Positions 12,801 to 27,800 of a stretch of DNA of 44,394 bases are shown here, piece by piece (positions within the stretch are counted from its first letter, which is position 1; the number at the start of each line of letters is the position of its first letter). The notes under the pieces are model-generated. The model was not told where the DNA came from, searched no databases, and worked only from the letters and a program-made list of their open reading frames with translations. This stretch comes from Nemertoderma westbladi (taxonomy: Eukaryota; Animalia; Xenacoelomorpha). Both the position numbers and the translations under genes were made by a program. The DNA is taken from positions 1-44,394 of the forward strand of contig JAUCBJ010006304.1 of NCBI GenBank assembly GCA_032718475.1, in the 5' to 3' direction.

Positions 12801-15800
12801 TTACTCTATATAAACGATCTCCCGCAAGGAGGAGTTCTCTCGCCCTTATTGTTTCTACTCTATATAAACGATCTCCCACAAGGAGGAGTTCTCTCGCCCT
12901 TATTGTTTCTACTCTATATAAACGATCTCCCGCAAGGAGGAGTTCTCTCGCCCTTATTGTTTCTACTCTATATAAACGATCTCCCGCAAGGAGGAGTTAT
13001 CTCGCCCTTATTGTTTCTACTCTATATAAACGATCTCCCGCAAGGAGGAGTTCTCTCGCCCTTATTGTTTTTTACTCTATATAAACGATCTCCCGCAAGG
13101 AGGAGTTCTCTCGCCCTTATTGTTTCTACTCTATATAAACGATCTCCCACAAGGAGGAGTTCTCTCGCCCTTATTGTTTCTACTCTATATAAACGATCTC
13201 CCGCAAGGAGGAGTTTTCTCGCCCTTATTGTTTCTACTCTATATAAACGATCTCCCGCAAGGAGGAGTTCTCTCGCCCTTATTGTTTCTACTCTATATAA
13301 ACGATCTCCCACAAGGAGGAGTTCTCTCGCCCTTATTGTTTCTACTCTATATAAACGATCTCCCGCAAGGAGGAGTTTTCTCGCCCTTATTGTTTCTACT
13401 CTATATAAACGATCTCCAGCAAGGAGGAGTTCTCTCGCCCTTATTGTTTCTACTCTATATAAACGATCTCCCGCAAGGAGGAGTTCTCTCGCCCTTATTG
13501 TTTCTACTCTATATAAACGATCTCCCACAAGGAGGAGTTCTCTCGCCCTTATTGTTTCTACTCTATATAAACGATCTCCCGCAAGGAGGAGTTCTCTCGC
13601 CCTTATTGTTTCTACTCTATATAAACGATCTCCCGCAAGGATGAGTTCTCTCGCCCTTATTGTTTCTACTCTATATAAACGATCTCCCTCAAGGAGGAGT
13701 TCTCTCGCCCTTATTGTTTCTACTCTATATAAACGATCTCCCGCAAGGAGGAGTTCTCTCGCCCTTATTGTTTCTACTCTATATAAACGATCTCCCACAA
13801 GGAGGAGTTCTCTCGCCCTTATTGTTTCTACTCTATATAAACGATCTCCCGCAAGGAGGAGTTCTCTCGCCCTTATTGTTTCTACTCTATATAAACGATC
13901 TCCCGCAAGGATGAGTTCTCTCGCCCTTATTGTTTCTACTCTATATAAACGATCTCCCACAAGGAGGAGTTCTCTCGCCCTTATTGTTTCTACTCTATAT
14001 AAACGATCTCCCGCAAGGAGGAGTTCTCTCGCCCTTATTGTTTCTACTCTATATAAACGATCTCCCACAAGGAGGAGTTCTCTCGCCCTTATTGTTTCTA
14101 CTCTATATAAACGATCTCCCGCAAGGAGGAGTTTTCTCGCCCTTATTGTTTCTACTCTATATAAACGATCTCCCGCAAGGAGGAGTTCTCTCGCCCTTAT
14201 TGTTTCTACTCTATATAAACGATCTCCCACAAGGAGGAGTTCTCTCGCCCTTATTGTTTCTACTCTATATAAACGATCTCCCACAAGGAGTTCTCTCGCC
14301 CTTATTGTTTCTACTCTATATAAACGATCTCCCGCAAGGAGGAGTTTTCTCGCCCTTATTGTTTCTACTCTATATAAACGATCTCCAGCAAGGAGGAGTT
14401 CTCTCGCCCTTATTGTTTCTACTCTATATAAACGATCTCCCGCAAGGAGGAGTTCTCTCGCCCTTATTGTTTCTACTCTATATAAACGATCTCCCACAAG
14501 GAGGAGTTCTCTCGCCCTTATTGTTTCTACTCTATATAAACGATCTCCCGCAAGGAGGAGTTCTCTCGCCCTTATTGTTTCTACTCTATATAAACGATCT
14601 CCCGCAAGGATGAGTTCTCTCGCCCTTATTGTTTCTACTCTATATAAACGATCTCCCACAAGGAGGAGTTCTCTCGCCCTTATTGTTTCTACTCTATATA
14701 AACGATCTCCCGCAAGGAGGAGTTCTCTCGCCCTTATTGTTTCTACTCTATATAAACGATCTCCCACAAGGAGGAGTTCTCTCGCCCTTATTGTTTCTAC
14801 TCTATATAAACGATCTCCCGCAAGGAGGAGTTCTCTCGCCCTTATTGTTTCTACTCTATATAAACGATCTCCCGCAAGGAGGAGTTCTCTCGCCCTTATT
14901 GTTTCTACTCTATATAAACGATCTCCAGCAAGGAGGAGTTCTCTTGCCCTTATTGTTTCTACTCTATATAAACGATCTCCAGCAAGGAGGAGTTCTCTCA
15001 CCCTTATTGTTTCTACTCTATATAAACGATCTCCCGCAAGGAGGAGTTCTCTCGCCCTTATTGTTTCTACTCTATATAAACGATCTCCCGCAAGGAGGAG
15101 TTCTCTCGCCCTTATTGTTTCTACTCTATATAAACGATCTCCAGCAAGGAGGAGTTCTCTCGCCCTTATTGTTTCTACTCTATATAAACGATCTCCCGCA
15201 AGGAGGAGTTCTCTCGCGCTTATTGTTTCTACTCTATATAAACGATCTCCCACAAGGAGGAGTTCTCTCGCCCTTATTGTTTCTACTCTATATAAACGAT
15301 CTCCCGCAAGGAGGAGTTCTCTCGCCCTTATTGTTTCTACTCTATATAAACGATCTCCCGCAAGGAGGAGTTCTCTCGCCCTTATTGTTTCTACTCTATA
15401 TAAACGATCTCCCGCAAGGAGGAGTTCTCTCGCCCTTATTGTTTCTACTCTATATAAACGATCTCCCGCAAGGAGGAGTTCTCTCGCCCTTATTGTTTCT
15501 ACTCTATATAAACGATCTCCCGCAAGGAGGAGTTCTCTCACCCTTATTGTTTCTACTCTATATAAACGATCTCCCGCAAGGAGGAGTTCTCTCGCCCTTA
15601 TTGTTTCTACTCTATATAAACGATCTCCCGCAAGGAGGAGTTCTCTCGCCCTTATTGTTTCTACTCTATATAAACGATCTCCCGCAAGGAGGAGTTCTCT
15701 CACCCTTATTGTTTCTACTCTATATAAACGATCTCCCGCAAGGAGGAGTTCTCTCGCCCTTATTGTTTCTACTCTATATAAACGATCTCCAGCAAGGAGG

Positions 15801-18800
15801 AGTTCTCTTGCTCTTATTGTTTCTACTCTATATAAACGATCTCCCGCAAGGAGGAGTTCTCTCGCCCTTATTGTTTCTACTCTATATAAACGATCTCCCG
15901 CAAGGAGGAGTTCTCTCGCCCTTATTGTTTCTACTCTATATAAACGATCTCCCGCAAGGAGGAGTTCTCTCGCCCTTATTGTTTCTACTCTATATAAACG
16001 ATCTCCAGCAAGGAGGAGTTCTCTCACCCTTATTGTTTCTACTCTATATAAACGATCTCCCGCAAGGAGGAGTTCTCTCACCCTTATTGTTTCTACTCTA
16101 TATAAACGATCTCCCGCAAGGAGGAGTTCTCTCGCCCTTATTGTTTCTACTCTATATAAACGATCTCCCGCAAGGAGGAGTTCTCTCGCCCTTATTGTTT
16201 CTACTCTATATAAACGATCTCCCGCAAGGAGGAGTTCTCTCGCTCTTATTGTTTCTACTCTATATAAACGATCTCCCGCAAGGAGGAGTTCTCTCGCCCT
16301 TATTGTTTCTACTCTATATAAACGATCTCCCACAAGGAGGAGTTCTCTCGCCCTTATTGTTTCTACTCTATATAAACGATCTCCCGCAAGGAGGAGTTCT
16401 CTCGCCCTTATTGTTTCTACTCTATATAAACGATCTCCCACAAGGAGGAGTTCTCTCGCCCTTATTGTTTCTACTCTATATAAACGATCACCCACAAGGA
16501 GGAGTTCTCTCGCCCTTATTGTTTCTACTCTATATAAACGATCTCCCGCAAGGAGGAGTTCTCTCGCCCTTATTGTTTCTACTCTATATAAACGATCTCC
16601 CGCAAGGAGGAGTTCTCTCGCCCTTATTGTTTCTACTCTATATAAACGATCTCCCGCAAGGAGGAGTTCTCTCGCCCTTATTGTTTCTACTCTATATAAA
16701 CGATCTCCCACAAGGAGGAGTTCTCTTGCGCTTAATGTTTCTACTCTATATAAACGATCTCCCGCAAGGAGGAGTTCTCTCGCCCTTATTGTTTCTACTC
16801 TATATAAACGATCTCCCGCAAGGAGGAGTTCTCTCTCCCTTATTGTTTCTACTCTATATAAACGATCTCCCGCAAGGAGGAGTTCTCTCGCCCTTATTGT
16901 TTCTACTCTATATAAACGATCTCCCGCAAGGAGGAGTTCTCTCACCCTTATTGTTTCTACTCTATATAAACGATCTCCCACAAGGAGGAGTTCTCTCGCC
17001 CTTATTGTTTCTACTCTATATAAACGATCTCCCGCAAGGAGGAGTTCTCTCGCCCTTATTGTTTCTACTCTATATAAACGATCTCCCGCAAGGAGGAGTT
17101 CTCTCGCCCTTATTGTTTCTACTCTATATAAACGATCTCCCGCAAGGAGGAGTTCTCTCGCCCTTATTGTTTCTACTCTATATAAACGATCTCCAGCAAG
17201 GAGGAGTTCTCTCGCCCTTATTGTTTCTACTCTATATAAACGATCTCCAGCAAGGAGGAGTTCTCTCGCCCTTATTGTTTCTACTCTATATAAACGATCT
17301 CCCGCAAGGAGGAGTTCTCTCGCCCTTATTGTTTCTACTCTATATAAACGATCTCCAGCAAGGAGGAGTTCTCTCGCCCTTATTGTTTCTACTCTATATA
17401 AACGATCTCCCGCAAGGAGGAGTTCTCTCGCCCTTATTGTTTCTACTCTATATAAACGATCTCCCGCAAGGAGGAGTTCTCTCGCCCTTATTGTTTCTAC
17501 TCTATATAAACGATCTCCCACAAGGAGGAGTTCACTCGCCCTTATTGTTTCTACTCTATATAAACGATCTCCCGCAAGGATGAGTTCTCTCGCCCTTATT
17601 GTTTCTACTCTATATAAACGATCTCCCGCAAGGAGGAGTTCTCTCGCCCTTATTGTTTCTACTCTATATAAACGATCTCCCGCAAGGAGGAGTTCTCTCG
17701 CCCTTATTGTTTCTACTCTATATAAACGATCTCCCGCAAGGAGGAGTTCTCTCGCCCTTATTGTTTCTACTCTATATAAACGATCTCCAGCAAGGAGGAG
17801 TTCTCTCGCCCTTATTGTTTCTACTCTATATAAACGATCTCCCGCAAGGAGGAGTTCTCTCGCCCTTATTGTTTCTACTCTATATAAACGATCTCCCGCA
17901 AGGAGGAGTTCTCTCGCCCTTATTGTTTCTACTCTATATAAACGATCTCCCACAAGGAGGAGTTCTCTCGCCCTTATTGTTTCTACTCTATATAAACGAT
18001 CTCCCGCAAGGAGGAGTTCTCTCGCCCTTATTGTTTCTACTCTATATAAACGATCTCCAGCAAGGAGGAGTTCTCTCGCCCTTATTGTTTCTACTCTATA
18101 TAAACGATCTCCCGCAAGGAGGAGTTCTCTCGCCCTTATTGTTTCTACTCTATATAAACGATCTCCCACAAGGAGTTCTCTCGCCCTTATTGTTTCTACT
18201 CTATATAAACGATCTCCCGCAAGGAGGAGTTCTCTCGCCCTTATTGTTTCTACTCTATATAAAAGATCTCCCGCAAGGAGGAGTTCTCTCGCCCTTATTG
18301 TTTCTACTCTATATAAACGATCTCCCGCAAGGAGGAGTTCTCTCGCCCTTATTGTTTCTACTCTATATAAACGATCTCCCGCAAGTAGGAGTTCTCTCAC
18401 CCTTATTGTTTCTACTCTATATAAACGATCTCCCGCAAGGAGGAGTTCTCTCGCCCTTATTGTTTCTACTCTATATAAACGATCTCCCGCAAGGAGGAGT
18501 TCTCTCGCCCTTATTGTTTCTACTCTATATAAACGATCTCCCACAAGGAGTTCTCTCGCCCTTATTGTTTCTACTCTATATAAACGATCTCCCGCAAGGA
18601 GGAGTTCTCTCGCCCTTATTGTTTCTACTCTATATAAACGATCTCCCGCAAGGAGGAGTTCTCTCGCCCTTATTGTTTCTACTCTATATAAACGATCTCC
18701 CGCAAGGAGGAGTTCTCTCGCCCTTATTGTTTCTACTCTATATAAACGATCTCCCGCAAGGAGGAGTTCTCTCGCCCTTATTGTTTCTACTCTATATAAA

Positions 18801-21800
18801 CGATCTCCCGCAAGTAGGAGTTCTCTCACCCTTATTGTTTCTACTCTATATAAACGATCTCCCGCAAGGAGGAGTTCTCTCGCCCTTATTGTTTCTACTC
18901 TATATAAACGATCTCCCGCAAGGAGGAGTTCTCTCGCCCTTATTGTTTCTACTCTATATAAACGATCTCCCACAAGGAGGAGTTCTCTCACCCTTATTGT
19001 TTCTACTCTATATAAACGATCTCCCGCAAGGAGGAGTTCTCTCGCCCTTATTGTTTCTACTCTATATAAACGATCTCCCACAAGGAGTTCTCTCGCCCTT
19101 ATTGTTTCTACTCTATATAAACGATCTCCCACAAGGGAGTTCTCTCGCCCTTATTGTTTCTACTCTATATAAACGATCTCCCGCAAGGAGGAGTTCTCTC
19201 GCCCTTATTGTTTCTACTCTATATAAACGATCTCCCGCAAGGAGGAGTTCTCTCGCCCTTATTGTTTCTACTCTATATAAACGATCTCCCGCAAGGAGGA
19301 GTTCTCTCGCCCTTATTGTTTCTACTCTATATAAACGATCTCCCGCAAGGAGGAGTTCTCTCGCCCTTATTGTTTCTACTCTATATAAACGATCTCCCGC
19401 AAGGAGGAGTTCTCTCGCCCTTATTGTTTCTACTCTATATAAACGATCTCCCGCAAGGAGGAGTTCTCTCGCCCTTATTGTTTCTACTCTATATAAACGA
19501 TCTCCCGCAAGGAGGAGTTCTCTCGCCCTTATTGTTTCTACTCTATATAAACGATCTCCCGCAAGGAGGAGTTCTCTCGCCCTTATTGTTTCTACTCTAT
19601 ATAAACGATCTCCCGCAAGGAGGAGTTCTCTCGCCCTTATTGTTTCTACTCTATATAAACGATCTCCCGCAAGGAGGAGTTCTCTCGCCCTTATTGTTTC
19701 TACTCTATATAAACGATCTCCCGCAAGGAGGAGTTCTCTCGCCCTTATTGTTTCTACTCTATATAAACGATCTCCCGCAAGGAGGAGTTCTCTCGCCCTT
19801 ATTGTTTCTACTCTATATAAACGATCTCCCGCAAGGAGGAGTTCTCTCGCCCTTATTGTTTCTACTCTATATAAACGATCTCCCGCAAGGAGGAGTTCTC
19901 TCGCCCTTATTGTTTCTACTCTATATAAACGATCTCCCGCAAGGAGGAGTTCTCTCGCCCTTATTGTTTCTACTCTATATAAACGATCTCCCGCAAGGAG
20001 GAGTTCTCTCGCCCTTATTGTTTCTACTCTATATAAACGATCTCCCGCAAGGAGGAGTTCTCTCGCCCTTATTGTTTCTACTCTATATAAACGATCTCCC
20101 GCAAGGAGGAGTTCTCTCGCCCTTATTGTTTCTACTCTATATAAACGATCTCCCGCAAGGAGGAGTTCTCTCGCCCTTATTGTTTCTACTCTATATAAAC
20201 GATCTCCCGCAAGGAGGAGTTCTCTCGCCCTTATTGTTTCTACTCTATATAAACGATCTCCCGCAAGGAGGAGTTCTCTCGCCCTTATTGTTTCTACTCT
20301 ATATAAACGATCTCCCGCAAGGAGGAGTTCTCTCGCCCTTATTGTTTCTACTCTATATAAACGATCTCCCGCAAGGAGGAGTTCTCTCGCCCTTATTGTT
20401 TCTACTCTATATAAACGATCTCCCGCAAGGAGGAGTTCTCTCGCCCTTATTGTTTCTACTCTATATAAACGATCTCCCGCAAGGAGGAGTTCTCTCGCCC
20501 TTATTGTTTCTACTCTATATAAACGATCTCCCGCAAGGAGGAGTTCTCTCGCCCTTATTGTTTCTACTCTATATAAACGATCTCCCGCAAGGAGGAGTTC
20601 TCTCGCCCTTATTGTTTCTACTCTATATAAACGATCTCCCGCAAGGAGGAGTTCTCTCGCCCTTATTGTTTCTACTCTATATAAACGATCTCCCGCAAGG
20701 AGGAGTTCTCTCGCCCTTATTGTTTCTACTCTATATAAACGATCTCCCGCAAGGAGGAGTTCTCTCGCCCTTATTGTTTCTACTCTATATAAACGATCTC
20801 CCGCAAGGAGGAGTTCTCTCGCCCTTATTGTTTCTACTCTATATAAACGATCTCCCGCAAGGAGGAGTTCTCTCGCCCTTATTGTTTCTACTCTATATAA
20901 ACGATCTCCCGCAAGGAGGAGTTCTCTCGCCCTTATTGTTTCTACTCTATATAAACGATCTCCCGCAAGGAGGAGTTCTCTCGCCCTTATTGTTTCTACT
21001 CTATATAAACGATCTCCCGCAAGGAGGAGTTCTCTCGCCCTTATTGTTTCTACTCTATATAAACGATCTCCCGCAAGGAGGAGTTCTCTCGCCCTTATTG
21101 TTTCTACTCTATATAAACGATCTCCCGCAAGGAGGAGTTCTCTCGCCCTTATTGTTTCTACTCTATATAAACGATCTCCCGCAAGGAGGAGTTCTCTCGC
21201 CCTTATTGTTTCTACTCTATATAAACGATCTCCCGCAAGGAGGAGTTCTCTCGCCCTTATTGTTTCTACTCTATATAAACGATCTCCCGCAAGGAGGAGT
21301 TCTCTCGCCCTTATTGTTTCTACTCTATATAAACGATCTCCCGCAAGGAGGAGTTCTCTCGCCCTTATTGTTTCTACTCTATATAAACGATCTCCCGCAA
21401 GGAGGAGTTCTCTCGCCCTTATTGTTTCTACTCTATATAAACGATCTCCCGCAAGGAGGAGTTCTCTCGCCCTTATTGTTTCTACTCTATATAAACGATC
21501 TCCCGCAAGGAGGAGTTCTCTCGCCCTTATTGTTTCTACTCTATATAAACGATCTCCCGCAAGGAGGAGTTCTCTCGCCCTTATTGTTTCTACTCTATAT
21601 AAACGATCTCCCGCAAGGAGGAGTTCTCTCGCCCTTATTGTTTCTACTCTATATAAACGATCTCCCGCAAGGAGGAGTTCTCTCGCCCTTATTGTTTCTA
21701 CTCTATATAAACGATCTCCCGCAAGGAGGAGTTCTCTCGCCCTTATTGTTTCTACTCTATATAAACGATCTCCCGCAAGGAGGAGTTCTCTCGCCCTTAT

Positions 21801-24800
21801 TGTTTCTACTCTATATAAACGATCTCCCGCAAGGAGGAGTTCTCTCGCCCTTATTGTTTCTACTCTATATAAACGATCTCCCGCAAGGAGGAGTTCTCTC
21901 GCCCTTATTGTTTCTACTCTATATAAACGATCTCCCGCAAGGAGGAGTTCTCTCGCCCTTATTGTTTCTACTCTATATAAACGATCTCCCGCAAGGAGGA
22001 GTTCTCTCGCCCTTATTGTTTCTACTCTATATAAACGATCTCCCGCAAGGAGGAGTTCTCTCGCCCTTATTGTTTCTACTCTATATAAACGATCTCCCGC
22101 AAGGAGGAGTTCTCTCGCCCTTATTGTTTCTACTCTATATAAACGATCTCCCGCAAGGAGGAGTTCTCTCGCCCTTATTGTTTCTACTCTATATAAACGA
22201 TCTCCCGCAAGGAGGAGTTCTCTCGCCCTTATTGTTTCTACTCTATATAAACGATCTCCCGCAAGGAGGAGTTCTCTCGCCCTTATTGTTTCTACTCTAT
22301 ATAAACGATCTCCCGCAAGGAGGAGTTCTCTCGCCCTTATTGTTTCTACTCTATATAAACGATCTCCCGCAAGGAGGAGTTCTCTCGCCCTTATTGTTTC
22401 TACTCTATATAAACGATCTCCCGCAAGGAGGAGTTCTCTCGCCCTTATTGTTTCTACTCTATATAAACGATCTCCCGCAAGGAGGAGTTCTCTCGCCCTT
22501 ATTGTTTCTACTCTATATAAACGATCTCCCGCAAGGAGGAGTTCTCTCGCCCTTATTGTTTCTACTCTATATAAACGATCTCCCGCAAGGAGGAGTTCTC
22601 TCGCCCTTATTGTTTCTACTCTATATAAACGATCTCCCGCAAGGAGGAGTTCTCTCGCCCTTATTGTTTCTACTCTATATAAACGATCTCCCGCAAGGAG
22701 GAGTTCTCTCGCCCTTATTGTTTCTACTCTATATAAACGATCTCCCGCAAGGAGGAGTTCTCTCGCCCTTATTGTTTCTACTCTATATAAACGATCTCCC
22801 GCAAGGAGGAGTTCTCTCGCCCTTATTGTTTCTACTCTATATAAACGATCTCCCGCAAGGAGGAGTTCTCTCGCCCTTATTGTTTCTACTCTATATAAAC
22901 GATCTCCCGCAAGGAGGAGTTCTCTCGCCCTTATTGTTTCTACTCTATATAAACGATCTCCCGCAAGGAGGAGTTCTCTCGCCCTTATTGTTTCTACTCT
23001 ATATAAACGATCTCCCGCAAGGAGGAGTTCTCTCGCCCTTATTGTTTCTACTCTATATAAACGATCTCCCGCAAGGAGGAGTTCTCTCGCCCTTATTGTT
23101 TCTACTCTATATAAACGATCTCCCGCAAGGAGGAGTTCTCTCGCCCTTATTGTTTCTACTCTATATAAACGATCTCCCGCAAGGAGGAGTTCTCTCGCCC
23201 TTATTGTTTCTACTCTATATAAACGATCTCCCGCAAGGAGGAGTTCTCTCGCCCTTATTGTTTCTACTCTATATAAACGATCTCCCACAAGGAGGAGTTC
23301 TCTCGCCCTTATTGTTTCTACTCTATATAAACGATCTCCCGCAAGGAGGAGTTCTCTCGCCCTTATTGTTTCTACTCTATATAAACGATCTCCCGCAAGG
23401 AGGAGTTCTCTCGCCCTTATTGTTTCTACTCTATATAAACGATCTCCCGCAAGGAGGAGTTCTCTCGCCCTTATTGTTTCTACTCTATATAAACGATCTC
23501 CCGCAAGGAGGAGTTCTCTCGCCCTTATTGTTTCTACTCTATATAAACGATCTCCCGCAAGGAGGAGTTCTCTCGCCCTTATTGTTTCTACTCTATATAA
23601 ACGATCTCCCGCAAGGAGGAGTTCTCTCGCCCTTATTGTTTCTACTCTATATAAACGATCTCCCGCAAGGAGGAGTTCTCTCGCCCTTATTGTTTCTACT
23701 CTATATAAACGATCTCCCGCAAGGAGGAGTTCTCTCGCCCTTATTGTTTCTACTCTATATAAACGATCTCCCGCAAGGAGGAGTTCTCTCGCCCTTATTG
23801 TTTCTACTCTATATAAACGATCTCCCGCAAGGAGGAGTTCTCTCGCCCTTATTGTTTCTACTCTATATAAACGATCTCCCGCAAGGAGGAGTTCTCTCGC
23901 CCTTATTGTTTCTACTCTATATAAACGATCTCCCGCAAGGAGGAGTTCTCTCGCCCTTATTGTTTCTACTCTATATAAACGATCTCCCGCAAGGAGGAGT
24001 TCTCTCGCCCTTATTGTTTCTACTCTATATAAACGATCTCCCACAAGGAGAGTTCTCTCGCCCTTATTGTTTCTACTCTATATAAACGATCTCCCGCAAG
24101 GAGGAGTTCTCTCGCCCTTATTGTTTCTACTCTATATAAACGATCTCCCGCAAGGAGGAGTTCTCTCGCCCTTATTGTTTCTACTCTATATAAACGATCT
24201 CCCGCAAGGAGGAGTTCTCTCGCCCTTATTGTTTCTACTCTATATAAACGATCTCCCGCAAGGAGGAGTTCTCTCGCCCTTATTGTTTCTACTCTATATA
24301 AACGATCTCCCGCAAGGAGGAGTTCTCTCGCCCTTATTGTTTCTACTCTATATAAACGATCTCCCGCAAGGAGGAGTTCTCTCGCCCTTATTGTTTCTAC
24401 TCTATATAAACGATCTCCCGCAAGGAGGAGTTCTCTCGCCCTTATTGTTTCTACTCTATATAAACGATCTCCCACAAGGAGGAGTTCTCTCGCCCTTATT
24501 GTTTCTACTCTATATAAACGATCTCCCGCAAGGAGGAGTTCTCTCGCCCTTATTGTTTCTACTCTATATAAACGATCTCCCGCAAGGAGGAGTTCTCTCG
24601 CCCTTATTGTTTCTACTCTATATAAACGATCTCCCGCAAGGAGGAGTTCTCTCGCCCTTATTGTTTCTACTCTATATAAACGATCTCCCGCAAGGAGGAG
24701 TTCTCTCGCCCTTATTGTTTCTACTCTATATAAACGATCTCCCGCAAGGAGGAGTTCTCTCGCCCTTATTGTTTCTACTCTATATAAACGATCTCCCGCA

Positions 24801-27800
24801 AGGAGGAGTTCTCTCGCCCTTATTGTTTCTACTCTATATAAACGATCTCCCGCAAGGAGGAGTTCTCTCGCCCTTATTGTTTCTACTCTATATAAACGAT
24901 CTCCCGCAAGGAGGAGTTCTCTCGCCCTTATTGTTTCTACTCTATATAAACGATCTCCCGCAAGGAGGAGTTCTCTCGCCCTTATTGTTTCTACTCTATA
25001 TAAACGATCTCCCGCAAGGAGGAGTTCTCTCGCCCTTATTGTTTCTACTCTATATAAACGATCTCCCGCAAGGAGGAGTTCTCTCGCCCTTATTGTTTCT
25101 ACTCTATATAAACGATCTCCCGCAAGGAGGAGTTCTCTCGCCCTTATTGTTTCTACTCTATATAAACGATCTCCCGCAAGGAGGAGTTCTCTCACCCTTA
25201 TTGTTTCTACTCTATATAAACGATCTCCCGCAAGGAGGAGTTCTCTCGCCCTTATTGTTTCTACTCTATATAAACGATCTCCCGCAAGGAGGAGTTCTCT
25301 CGCCCTTATTGTTTCTACTCTATATAAACGATCTCCCGCAAGGAGGAGTTCTCTCGCCCTTATTGTTTCTACTCTATATAAACGATCTCCCGCAAGGAGG
25401 AGTTCTCTCGCCCTTATTGTTTCTACTCTATATAAACGATCTCCCGCAAGGAGGAGTTCTCTCGCCCTTATTGTTTCTACTCTATATAAACGATCTCCCA
25501 CAAGAGGAGTTCTCTCGCCCTTATTGTTTCTACTCTATATAAACGATCTCCCGCAAGGAGGAGTTCTCTCGCCCTTATTGTTTCTACTCTATATAAACGA
25601 TCTCCAGCAAGGAGGAGTTCTCTCGCCCTTATTGTTTCTACTCTATATAAACGATCTCCCGCAAGGAGGAGTTCTCTCGCCCTTATTGTTTCTACTCTAT
25701 ATAAACGATCTCCCACAAGGAGGAGTTCTCTCGCCCTTATTGTTTCTACTCTATATAAACGATCTCCCACAAGGAGGAGTTCTCTCGCCCTTATTGTTTC
25801 TACTCTATATAAACGATCTCCCACAAGGAGGAGTTCTCTCGCCCTTATTGTTTCTACTCTATATAAACGATCTCCCGCAAGGAGGAGTTCTCTCGCCCTT
25901 ATTGTTTCTACTCTATATAAACGATCTCCCACAAGGAGGAGTTCTCTCGCCCTTATTGTTTCTACTCTATATAAACGATCTCCCGCAAGGAGGAGTTCTC
26001 TCGCCCTTATTGTTTCTACTCTATATAAACGATCTCCCGCAAGGAGGAGTTCTCTCGCCCTTATTGTTTCTACTCTATATAAACGATCTCCCGCAAGGAG
26101 GAGTTCTCTCGCCCTTATTGTTTCTACTCTATATAAACGATCTCCCGCAAGGAGGAGTTCTCTCGCCCTTATTGTTTCTACTCTATATAAACGATCTCCC
26201 GCAAGGAGGAGTTCTCTCGCCCTTATTGTTTCTACTCTATATAAACGATCTCCCGCAAGGAGGAGTTCTCTCGCCCTTATTGTTTCTACTCTATATAAAC
26301 GATCTCCCGCAAGGAGGAGTTCTCTCGCCCTTATTGTTTCTACTCTATATAAACGATCTCCCGCAAGGAGGAGTTTTCTCGCCCTTATTGTTTCTACTCT
26401 ATATAAACGATCTCCCGCAAGGAGGAGTTCTCTCGCCCTTATTGTTTCTACTCTATATAAACGATCTCCCGCAAGGAGGAGTTCTCTCGCCCTTATTGTT
26501 TCTACTCTATATAAACGATCTCCCGCAAGGAGGAGTTCTCTCGCCCTTATTGTTTCTACTCTATATAAACGATCTCCCGCAAGTAGGAGTTCTCTCGCCC
26601 TTATTGTTTCTACTCTATATAAACGATCTCCCGCAAGGATGAGTTCTCTCGCCCTTATTGTTTCTACTCTATATAAACGATCTCCCGCAAGGAGGAGTTC
26701 TCTCGCCCTTATTGTTTCTACTCTATATAAACGATCTCCCACAAGGAGGAGTTCTCTCGCCCTTATTGTTTCTACTCTATATAAACGATCTCCCGCAAGG
26801 ATGAGTTCTCTCGCCCTTATTGTTTCTACTCTATATAAACGATCTCCCGCAAGGAGGAGTTCTCTTGCTCTTATTGTTTCTACTCTATATAAACGATCTC
26901 CCGCAAGGAGGAGTTCTCTCGCCCTTATTGTTTCTACTCTATATAAATGATCTCCCGCAAGGAGGAGTTCTCTCGCCCTTATTGTTTCTACTCTATATAA
27001 ACGATCTCCCGCAAGTAGGAGTTCTCTCGCCCTTATTGTTTCTACTCTATATAAACGATCTCCCACAAGGATGAGTTCTCTCGCCCTTATTGTTTCTACT
27101 CTATATAAACGATCTCCCGCAAGTAGGAGTTCTCTCGCCCTTATTGTTTCTACTCTATATAAACGATCTCCCACAAGGAGGAGTTCTCTCGCCCTTATTG
27201 TTTCTACTCTATATAAACGATCTCCCGCAAGGAGGAGATCTCTCGCCCTTATTGTTTCTACTCTATATAAACGATCTCCCGCAAGGATGAGTTCTCTCGC
27301 CCTTATTGTTTCTACTCTATATAAACGATCTCCCGCAAGTAGGAGTTCTCTCGCCCTTATTGTTTCTACTCTATATAAACGATCTCCCACAAGGAGGAGT
27401 TCTCTCGCCCTTATTGTTTCTACTCTATATAAACGATCTCCCGCAAGGAGGAGATCTCTCGCCCTTATTGTTTCTACTCTATATAAACGATCTCCCGCAA
27501 GGATGAGTTCTCTCGCCCTTATTGTTTCTACTCTATATAAACGATCTCCCACAAGGAGGAGTTCTCTCGCCCTTATTGTTTCTACTCTATATAAACGATC
27601 TCCCGCAAGGAGGAGATCTCTCGCCCTTATTGTTTCTACTCTATATAAACGATCTCCCGCAAGGATGAGTTCTCTCGCCCTTATTGTTTCTACTCTATAT
27701 AAACGATCTCCCGCAAGTAGGAGTTCTCTCGCCCTTATTGTTTCTACTCTATATAAACGATCTCCCGCAAGGATGAGTTCTCTCGCCCTTATTGTTTCTA

